28,129 bases of DNA from Polaromonas sp. (GCA_044350025.1 JBILIK010000109.1:1-28129); one strand, 5' to 3'. Shown: positions 17,887 through 24,204, numbered from the stretch's first letter. Numbers and translations are program-made. Notes: a model not told the origin generated them from the sequence alone.

Positions 17887-18455
17887 ACCAGTTCCACAGC
17901 CTTGCGCAACATGTTGTCATTGGCATCGATGTAAACGGCTGTGGTGCTGACATTCCTATGTCCCATCAATCGCATCAACACACGCAGACCCACGCCTTGC
18001 GATGCAATTGATGTGGCATAGGTTCTACGGCCACTGTGGCTGCTGGCACCTTCAATGCCCGCTGCGCGGTACAGGCTCAAAAAGTGTTGTGTGAGTGTGT
18101 TGGCTGTGAAACCTTTGCGTGGATTTTTCTGAGTGGGAAACAAGGCGCGATCCTTGTCGTCTGTGCGAATCAGCGTGACGTACTGGGTCAGTTCTTCCTT
18201 GAGTCTAGTGCTGACAAACACGGTGCGTGGATGCTTGCCCTTGGTCTGTTCAGCAGTCAAACGGATTTCATTTTTGATGTTGCCAGTGGCATCCACAACA
18301 TGACCAACAGTGAGTGAGGCAATCTCCCCTACCCGCATGCCGCTCAAATGACTTGTGAGAATCAACGCCCTATCGCGTGCTGCGTATTTTTTAGCACTGA
18401 CATGCTCAAGTACCCGTTTAATTTCTTGTTCGTTTAGTGTTTTGGCTTGTGACAT
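17883..18455 (-). CDS. Small tyrosine recombinase consisting of the catalytic domain only (190 aa)
   Basis: Candidate catalytic residues appear in order: R (ARDRALIL), HSGRRTYAT (H-x-x-R), GHRNVSTT (H/W) and AVYID (Tyr). There is no N-terminal core-binding or arm-binding domain. It overlaps the 3' end of the convergent gene by 4 bp. Confidence 0.7.
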   Translation of the reverse strand: MSQAKTLNEQEIKRVLEHVSAKKYAARDRALILTSHLSGMRVGEIASLTVGHVVDATGNIKNEIRLTAEQTKGKHPRTVFVSTRLKEELTQYVTLIRTDDKDRALFPTQKNPRKGFTANTLTQHFLSLYRAAGIEGASSHSGRRTYATSIASQGVGLRVLMRLMGHRNVSTTAVYIDANDNMLRKAVELV

Positions 18456-18759
18456 TTGTTGCTCCTTGGCGTAATCAAATAATTAACTTGAAATAAGCAT
18501 AATTTCTGAGATTAGGTCTGAGCAACCTCTATGTAAACGACCCGCCAAGGTGACGGGTTTCTATGTTGTTTTGTTCAAAATCAAGGGGTTAGCGCAGCAA
18601 CTACATATTTCAGTAATTTTCTTTGGTTTCGTATTTATGAGTTTTCTGTGGCTTATAGAACACGAATTGACGGACAAGCCCTGCAAGCGTTTTTAAGCGT
18701 AGGCCGCTACCCAAGTACCCATTTGTATTTTTTGATTTGCTGTAGGGCTTTTAAGTGCG

Positions 18760-19230
18760 TTAATTTTTAATGACTGTGTGATACAGCGTTTCTAAGTCAA
18801 GTTTGTAGGTCAGGTCACTCACATTGAGAATTTCAACAGATCCTCTAATAAACCACTCAACGACACCTTCTTCACTTCTGATTGAAATCTGACCTTCATC
18901 ATCATCAACAACAACTTCTTCCTCACCATAGTCGTGTTGAGGTAATTTGAAGATCCATATGAGTTGTTGTAATTCATACTCCATAACTAAATCTATGTTT
19001 GTTGCAAGATAGTCTGGTGAAAGAGCAAACTTGATCTCTTTTTCACTGTCACGGATGTTCTTTATGTCAAGTACCTGTACTGGTGTCAATATTGGACGTG
19101 TGTACGATTTATGTTCTATAGATTCTTGTACAGCGACTGGATCTTCACTTCCATTGCTCATTTGATAAACAGCAAGAACACTTATTTTTACGAGTAGATT
19201 TTTTAACTGCTCTTCATCCATTAAGTTCAC
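18760..19230 (-). CDS. Hypothetical acidic protein (156 aa, GTG start)
   Basis: GAGGAAG lies 6 nt upstream of the GTG at 19230. It has many D/E residues (YGEEEVVVDDDEGQ). No family recognised. Confidence 0.5.
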   Translation of the reverse strand: MNLMDEEQLKNLLVKISVLAVYQMSNGSEDPVAVQESIEHKSYTRPILTPVQVLDIKNIRDSEKEIKFALSPDYLATNIDLVMEYELQQLIWIFKLPQHDYGEEEVVVDDDEGQISIRSEEGVVEWFIRGSVEILNVSDLTYKLDLETLYHTVIKN

Positions 19231-19340
19231 TTGTCTTCCTCTTTAGCAATATTTTCAAAATCTTCTATTAAAGCATTCACATGTTTGGCTCTAAACCAAG
19301 TTCACTGCACTCCAATTCTTTTATTTCACATGTCCGACTT

Positions 19341-19841
19341 TCACTTGTGCTCTAACAACGTCTCAATGATGTCCCATCTATTTTTGTATTCATCAATTCG
19401 CCAACCTGAGTAAGAAGCAGATGGAGGGATATTGATGGTTCTGACTGTGCCATCTTGCCTGACGCTTCCATCTTTACTCAATTCACTAAGCCACATCTTA
19501 TGCGCCTTTGAAACATTCGTTGAGACTTCTAAAGAAGGAATAACGTAGTACTCAAAATCTGCTGTTGAGTTTGCTGACGGAATACCAGCAAGAACCCAAA
19601 TGAAGTTCTCACCAAAATTCTTTTCAGCCTTTACACCAACCGTAACTGTTTTATTGCCAGGCACATATGTCTTGACTTGTATGTGAACGAACTTTGTTCC
19701 CTCTGCGTTGCTACAAAGAATGTCCGTATTAGGCGTATTGCCCATAGTGACTACAGCAACCAAATCACGTCTACAAAGTTCACCAGCCACAAAAAACTGT
19801 GCTGAACTTCCTCTTGCGTTCTTATTTGTGGTTGCCATCAT
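19341..19841 (-). CDS. PD-(D/E)xK nuclease-like protein (166 aa)
   Basis: The pattern GSSAQFFVAGELCRRDLVAV...TDIL...VHIQVKT resembles the restriction-endonuclease-like fold (D...(E/Q)xK) of small stand-alone nuclease-like proteins. Confidence 0.45.
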   Translation of the reverse strand: MMATTNKNARGSSAQFFVAGELCRRDLVAVVTMGNTPNTDILCSNAEGTKFVHIQVKTYVPGNKTVTVGVKAEKNFGENFIWVLAGIPSANSTADFEYYVIPSLEVSTNVSKAHKMWLSELSKDGSVRQDGTVRTINIPPSASYSGWRIDEYKNRWDIIETLLEHK

Positions 19842-19992
19842 TGACTCAATTTTTGTTTAGTTGACTCATCTTACTTGTCAGTCTTGTTTTATTCAATGTT
19901 TGAGTTTTTATCTATGTATGAATCGTTCAAGCATGACAAAGAACTACGAACCCTTGTGCGATTCGCAGTGTTGTAAGAACCTTAAAGTGACT

Positions 19993-20583
19993 TCAGTCTG
20001 CTTTAAGGGCGGCGTGAGGAATCCAGCAGTTGCTTACATCCCAAATGCTGTTTGTGTCCCACGCCTTACGTGTGTTTTGTTGTGCCTCTTTTAATGAGTA
20101 GCCTGCCCAATGTGAGGCCTCGCCTACTTTGTAGTAGTCGTAGGCTTTCACATCCGTTGATTGATGTGCCATATCGTGCCAAGCGTGCCTAAATAATGTT
20201 TCTATGTCATCCGTACTGAGAACGGAGGGCAAGTTGCCTAATGAGATGTTTACGTGAATTGTTTGTGATCTGTCAGTGGTCTCTTTTGCCCCTTCGATCG
20301 TTACGAAGGTAAGTGGCTTAAAGAGATACGGGTTCTGGGCGGGCCTATTTGATCGTGCTGGATAAAGGGATCTGAAGAAGCAGTTCAATGCGTGCCTTGT
20401 GTCCTTGCTTGTTTGCTCCATCTTTGATTTGATGTACTGATCTGCCCTCACGTGCTTAAAGCGCCCTACATCTGTACTCGCTACATATGGGCGATGCAAG
20501 GTGTGGGCAACGACTACGTGGCTTACGTGTTGCTCGTGCTGATTAAACATAGATTCAATGTCTTTGGCGTTGTACTGTCTCAT
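19993..20583 (-). CDS. Hypothetical protein (~196 aa; 203 aa if the TTG at 20604 is used)
   Basis: Long ORF with no recognised family and no obvious Shine-Dalgarno for either start. Confidence 0.45.
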   Translation of the reverse strand: MRQYNAKDIESMFNQHEQHVSHVVVAHTLHRPYVASTDVGRFKHVRADQYIKSKMEQTSKDTRHALNCFFRSLYPARSNRPAQNPYLFKPLTFVTIEGAKETTDRSQTIHVNISLGNLPSVLSTDDIETLFRHAWHDMAHQSTDVKAYDYYKVGEASHWAGYSLKEAQQNTRKAWDTNSIWDVSNCWIPHAALKAD

Positions 20584-20654
20584 GAATTTATTTAGTAAAA
20601 CCAAAGAAAAGGAGACAGAAATATTGAGGTTGCTCTTCTTGCAGATCAGAAATT

Positions 20655-20677
20655 AAAGTTAAGTTCTCTTTAACTTT
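20655..20677. promoter_or_regulatory. Inverted repeat AAAGTTAA-N7-TTAACTTT in a divergent intergenic region (candidate operator)
   Basis: Perfect 8 bp arms at 20655-20662 and 20670-20677, 14 nt upstream of the ATG at 20692. Confidence 0.3.
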
Positions 20678-20691
20678 TTAGGACGATCGCG

Positions 20692-21135
20692 ATGAGCATT
20701 CTTTCAACTCTCAAATTTGTAGCAAGCAAGAAAAAGCAGGGAATTGCACCCTTAATTCAACGCAGAAACAAGTTGAGCAACAAGATCTTTGAACAAATTC
20801 AACTGGCCCAAGCACAAAAAGATGGACGCACGTACGCACCCACACGCTTGAAGACTTACGTCAACAAGCAAACGGGCGAACGCAAGACCATTGAATCAGT
20901 CAAAAAAGTGCGTGAGTGGTGGCACATCAATGACAGCGGAAAAATCAACTTGATTTGCAAGTACGGCAGCAAGCAGATCCAATTTGACGCAAAAGGCAAG
21001 AATGCTATTGAAGTGTCAAATGGCGATGAATTGCTGACTGCACTTGAGTCGCTGAAGTTGGCTGTTGAGCAAGGTGAACTTGATCAGCAGATTGAAGCAA
21101 CCAGCAGCGCCTTGCGAGCAGGATTTTCTAAGTAA
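20692..21135 (+). CDS. Island-associated hypothetical protein (147 aa; resembles a conserved family seen next to integrases, possibly DUF6641-like)
   Basis: The layout is MSILSTLKF...RRNKL...EQIQLA...WW...G.I.L..KYG.K...F...GKNAIEV...L...L..AVEQGELD. The family name is recalled from memory and unverified. Confidence 0.5.
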   Translation: MSILSTLKFVASKKKQGIAPLIQRRNKLSNKIFEQIQLAQAQKDGRTYAPTRLKTYVNKQTGERKTIESVKKVREWWHINDSGKINLICKYGSKQIQFDAKGKNAIEVSNGDELLTALESLKLAVEQGELDQQIEATSSALRAGFSK

Positions 21136-21143
21136 GGGCACAA

Positions 21144-21173
21144 GTTGTTCATATAAATAAATGTATGAACAAC
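21144..21173 (+). promoter_or_regulatory. 10 bp perfect hairpin GTTGTTCATA-N10-TATGAACAAC sequestering the start codon of the next ORF
   Basis: The arms are at 21144-21153 and 21164-21173. The right arm contains the ATG at 21165. It lies 8 nt after the preceding stop. Confidence 0.35.
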
Positions 21174-21509
21174 TATTTGGCCACAGTGCGTGCCATGGGA
21201 CGAGTGTTGCAGACAGCAGTCTTTGCACAAAGCCCATTACATGCACGGTATATTTTAGAATTTCAATTTGGGATCGGCAATGTACACATCAATCCCAAAC
21301 CCGTGTCGCTTTTATTAGCAGATGCTGTAGTTGGTGAAGGAGCAGCGACACAAGCGAATTTAAACCCGCATCAACAACGCATCAAAACACTGCAAAGACA
21401 AAAAGACTTGATCTCAAAAAGCATTGAGTCTGAGCGAGCCAAAGACAAGTTGTCAAAGGCCCAGCAGCAGATGCGAATGGCAACTCAAATCAAAACTGGT
21501 TTTTCTTGA
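21165..21509 (+). CDS. Hypothetical protein (114 aa)
   Basis: ORF with a basic, coiled-coil-like C-terminus (QRQKDLISKSIESERAKDKLSKAQQQMR). No family recognised. Confidence 0.4.
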   Translation: MNNYLATVRAMGRVLQTAVFAQSPLHARYILEFQFGIGNVHINPKPVSLLLADAVVGEGAATQANLNPHQQRIKTLQRQKDLISKSIESERAKDKLSKAQQQMRMATQIKTGFS

Positions 21510-21741
21510 GATTTCATGAAATCGGATTGGGTAGATTTTTATAAGTTGCGCACACAATTTTTTGTCTTAACTACTTTTCTATCACCCCACCATTTTTTTG
21601 ACCATACCCCTTTTCAATTCAAAATGCTCAAACCGGTCGATAGGTAGTTGCTGACTGGTTTAAGCGCTGGTATAGGTGTTGATTGCTAGGAACTGGCCTA
21701 ATGAATGACAGGTGTAGTTGAAATGTTTTTCAGCCAACTGC

Positions 21742-22107
21742 CTAGTATTCGCTTGGCAACATGACCACCCAAAACTCACCCGTCCAACAACCGTAAAGTG
21801 TGATGGCAGATAGTGGGAAGTCTGTGTACTCGATTTTCTGCTTTGCCAAGACCCTGCCGTTTCCATCCTCAATTGAAACAGATGCTGATCGATTTGTGCT
21901 TGTGAGTTTCAGACAAGTGAACCAATCTTTGTTGCCATCAACGCCACTTAAGTGTGATGCGTACACATCAAACAACCAAAAGCACTCTGCGTTTTCAGCA
22001 AGGTAGCGTGAGCCCTCTGTGAGCAATACAGTCCGTGTCAATTTCGCTAACTGATCACAACCAGTGAACTGTTTGAGCGTTGCGAGTAATTCATTTTCTT
22101 CAACCAT
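21742..22107 (-). CDS. DUF6876-like protein (121 aa), a family common on plasmids and integrative elements
   Basis: The layout is QFTGCDQL...LTEGSRYLAENAECFWLFDV...IEDGNG...IEYTDFPL...LPSEY. An AAGGA motif lies upstream of the ATG. The family name is from memory. Confidence 0.55.
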   Translation of the reverse strand: MVEENELLATLKQFTGCDQLAKLTRTVLLTEGSRYLAENAECFWLFDVYASHLSGVDGNKDWFTCLKLTSTNRSASVSIEDGNGRVLAKQKIEYTDFPLSAITLYGCWTGEFWVVMLPSEY

Positions 22108-22201
22108 TTCTGTGTTCCTTTAAGTGTGAACACAGTATTAGTTCTTCGCATCAAATGGACAACCTGTGTCCTGCCAGATTGGCGGTGTATCAATAGCCTA
22201 C

Positions 22202-23614
22202 TCACTTTGCCTTGACAGAAACCTTGGCATTTGTTTTCTTAGGGGCTATTTTTCTTGCCAGCAATTCTGCTTTTTTCTTTGCTTGTGCTGAGTGATAGAT
22301 TTCTTCAACAGTTGAAGTTGAGGCAATTCTTCGTCGTGTTTCTTGTCCACGCAATTGCTCAGTTGCTTCAATTACTTTGAGATGACTATAGTGACGCTCA
22401 ATCATCAGCACACTTGTACCCATCTGTTTAGCAAGCGTGTGAATTGGCACTTTATCGTGCGTCAGTGCCAGCGTTGCGTATGTGTGACGAAAACTGTAGA
22501 ACACACGGTTCTGCTCCGTTTTTGGATCGTACAGCAAGTTGTGCTCATCCAAGTACCTCTCAAACATGTGTTGAAACGCTGCACTGACGTCTTGCTTCTT
22601 TTCTTTTGTACGCAACACAAAGTCATCATTGTTTGGAGTCACAACATTTTTGAACGGATCAATGATGTTATTTCTAACGCCATAAACACGACGAGCAATA
22701 CGCTCAAGCACTTTCACCGTTGGCTGTCTTCCAACAATTTCACGTGTGCCCGTCTTACCCGTAACAATTAACTCAACACCTCTGTTTAAATCAGTCAGAA
22801 CAATTTCTTCTTCTGTGCCATCGTCTGAAACAGCCTTTTGCCCAGTGTAAATTTCTCTAGGATTCATCGTGAACTTGATCTGTTTCCATTTCAAGTTCAT
22901 CAACTCTTTGCCAGGTCGTGCTCCTGTATCAATGAGCATCTCAGAATAGTCACGCATTATCTGGCGCATCTCTTTGCTGTGTGCGTTACGTGCCCGTTCA
23001 ATCCATGCTTCGAAGTTGTTGATCACAGCCTGTATTTCCTTCAGCGTAAAGGCTGGATGGCGTGTGCTCTTCTTACCTTTCGCTTCAAGTTTTGGACGAT
23101 TGAGATCAGTTAAAAAATTACGCAGCACAGCCTCGTCAAACACCAGATTCAGTGCTGCGTTGTGGCTAAGCATGGTGCTGTTGCTTGGCGTTCTTTCCAT
23201 CATCTGTATGCGTTCAGCATCCAAGTGATCCAGTGCTGTGCTGTCAATGTTGGTGATGAGCCTGTTGCCCAAAATTGGGATCAAGTACTCATTGATGATG
23301 CGCATGTAGTCTTTGTAGGAGACTTTGCCATCGCCGTTGGCAATCTTCTGTTCCATACGCTGTACGGCAAGTTTGGCAACGTCTCTGAACTTGCGTGTGA
23401 TGACTGGCAGGTTGTCGTGCTTGCGAATTTCCGCACGTATCTTTATCGCCTTCGCTACTTCTTTGGCATCTTTCAACTTGCGTTCTTTAGTTGAGGCACG
23501 TTGCCAAACACCATCAACTTTGTAGCGGCATTGCCAAATTGAACTTCGCTCTCGTCTGTAAACGACAAGTTCGTTTTCTGTGACTATGTGAGTCGTTTCA
23601 AGTTTGGCTGACAT
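22202..23614 (-). CDS. int: Tyrosine-type site-specific integrase of the island (470 aa)
   Basis: The C-terminal catalytic region reads TGARPGKELMNLKW...FYSFRHTYATLAL...TLAKQMGTSVLMIERHYSHL (R, H-x-x-R, H, Y). It lies at the island end next to the tRNA/att region. Confidence 0.85.
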   Translation of the reverse strand: MSAKLETTHIVTENELVVYRRERSSIWQCRYKVDGVWQRASTKERKLKDAKEVAKAIKIRAEIRKHDNLPVITRKFRDVAKLAVQRMEQKIANGDGKVSYKDYMRIINEYLIPILGNRLITNIDSTALDHLDAERIQMMERTPSNSTMLSHNAALNLVFDEAVLRNFLTDLNRPKLEAKGKKSTRHPAFTLKEIQAVINNFEAWIERARNAHSKEMRQIMRDYSEMLIDTGARPGKELMNLKWKQIKFTMNPREIYTGQKAVSDDGTEEEIVLTDLNRGVELIVTGKTGTREIVGRQPTVKVLERIARRVYGVRNNIIDPFKNVVTPNNDDFVLRTKEKKQDVSAAFQHMFERYLDEHNLLYDPKTEQNRVFYSFRHTYATLALTHDKVPIHTLAKQMGTSVLMIERHYSHLKVIEATEQLRGQETRRRIASTSTVEEIYHSAQAKKKAELLARKIAPKKTNAKVSVKAK

Positions 23615-23657
23615 AAACGCACTTTAATTTCAAAACGACAAAAGATCAACCAAGTAA

Positions 23658-23665
23658 GTGTGTAG
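23658..23665 (+). repeat. GTGTGTAG motif between the integrase start and the island tRNA (candidate arm-type site)
   Basis: Same 8-mer and orientation as at 8240, 8252 and 24064. Confidence 0.4.
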
Positions 23666-23674
23666 TGTGCAGAC

Positions 23675-23706
23675 AAAAAAAGAGAACTGCTTTTACACAG
23701 TTCTCT
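23675..23706 (-). terminator. Rho-independent terminator after the island tRNA
   Basis: The minus strand reads AGAGAACTG-tgtaaaag-CAGTTCTCT followed by TTTTTTT, starting 9 nt after the tRNA CCA end. Confidence 0.6.
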
Positions 23707-23714
23707 TTTAGATT

Positions 23715-24003
23715 TGGTGGGACCAGCGAGACTCGAACTCGCAACCAAAGGATTCCGCTTTGTGTGACTTTCGCCACTCGCTGGACTTTGCCTTCACCAT
23801 ATTGATTGCTCAACTTAGGCGGGTGCCGTCAAGTCTCTACACGTTCCAAAGTGCTTTCGCACCAAGGCTTCGCTCGGCATTGCCGTATGTGTTTCCACAC
23901 TTAGGTTTCACCGAATTTGACACCATCCCTTACACAGTTTCCACGTGTAAGGCACATTTGAGAAATATGAGTCCTCTGCGCTAACCAATTGCGCCATAGT
24001 CCC
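23715..24003 (-). tRNA. Island-borne tRNA(CAU), most like tRNA-Ile2 (lysidine type; Met not excluded), interrupted by a group I intron after the anticodon
   Basis: The 5' exon is GGGACTATGGCGCAATTGGTTAGCGCAGAGGACTCAT (24003 to 23967). The 3' exon is AATCCTTTGGTTGCGAGTTCGAGTCTCGCTGGTCCCACCA (23754 to 23715). Joined, they fold as a canonical cloverleaf with anticodon loop CTCATAA. Confidence 0.85.
23755..23966 (-). ncRNA. Group I intron, subgroup IC3, Azoarcus pre-tRNA-Ile type (212 nt, no ORF)
   Basis: The minus strand is near-colinear with the Azoarcus ribozyme as I remember it. The matching segments are AUGUGCCUUACACGUGGAAACUGUGUAAGGGAUGGUGUCAAAUUCGGUGAAACCUAAGUGUGGAAACACAUACGGCAAUGCCGAGCG, then GUGUAGAGACUUGACGGCACCCGCCUAAG, then GGCGAAAGUC, ending in GCGG. 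P1 forms as CAU|AU with AUGUG, with a U.G wobble at the 5' splice site. The terminal G precedes AAUCC. Confidence 0.85.
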
Positions 24004-24012
24004 TTAATACTG

Positions 24013-24018
24013 ATTGTA
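24013..24018 (-). promoter_or_regulatory. Candidate -10 box TACAAT for the island tRNA
   Basis: The minus strand reads TACAAT-cagtattaa-GGGAC. The host tRNA has the same hexamer and spacing at 24199-24204. No convincing -35 box. Confidence 0.35.
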
Positions 24019-24052
24019 CGTGGTCGTTTTACTATAAAAACAGTCCTCAAAA

Positions 24053-24071
24053 GTGTGTAAGCGGTGTGTAG
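24053..24071 (+). repeat. Pair of GTGTGTA(A/G) motifs (candidate integrase arm-type sites, attR side)
   Basis: GTGTGTAA is at 24053-24060 and GTGTGTAG at 24064-24071. The paired spacing resembles the attL pair. Confidence 0.45.
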
Positions 24072-24126
24072 TGTTTAACGCACCCTCTTAAACTACGTAA
24101 CATGTTGATTTATATAGATAATTTAC

Positions 24127-24135
24127 GATTATGAG
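24127..24135. repeat. Extra inner copy of the att core GATTATGAG, 13 bp inside the right junction
   Basis: CGATTATGAGAACTTTT here compares with GGATTATGAGAAGTTT at attL. Confidence 0.5.
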
Positions 24136-24148
24136 AACTTTTTTAATA

Positions 24149-24189
24149 GATTATGAGTCCTCTGCTCTAACCAACTGAGCTATAGGCCC
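24149..24189 (-). pseudogene. 5' half (G1 to C40) of the host tRNA(CAU) gene; attR junction
   Basis: The minus strand reads GGGCCTATAGCTCAGTTGGTTAGAGCAGAGGACTCATAATC, then diverges into AT-rich island DNA with no T arm or acceptor strand. Confidence 0.85.
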
Positions 24190-24198
24190 CTGAAATTG

Positions 24199-24204
24199 AT
24201 TGTA
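24199..24204 (-). promoter_or_regulatory. Candidate -10 box TACAAT of the host tRNA promoter
   Basis: The minus strand reads GGCAAG-TACAAT-caatttcag-GGGCC. If still active it would read through the tRNA 5' half toward the island tRNA. Confidence 0.35.

Larger units (their letters stand above)
8184..24148. mobile_element. Integrase-bearing genomic island (~16 kb) inserted in the tRNA(CAU) anticodon loop; cargo includes Type ISP R-M and a replacement tRNA
   Basis: Abrupt GC drop at both ends. The island is bounded by the two halves of one tRNA gene and by 9 bp direct repeats. A tyrosine integrase lies at the right end, and GTGTGTAG repeats occur at both termini. Confidence 0.85.

Noticed and set aside
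9185-18745. Direct 11-mer ATTTGCTGTAG at 9185-9195 and 18735-18745, which would bracket the defence cargo plus the small recombinase
   Set aside because: Tens of 11-mer coincidences are expected by chance in a 28 kb window. The flanks show no extended similarity, so I do not treat this pair as cassette boundaries without a proper repeat search.
23760-23984. 74 aa plus-strand ORF
   Set aside because: It lies antisense within the group I intron and tRNA exon. The region is fully explained as structured RNA. The 212 nt intron is also too short for a homing endonuclease, and none is present.
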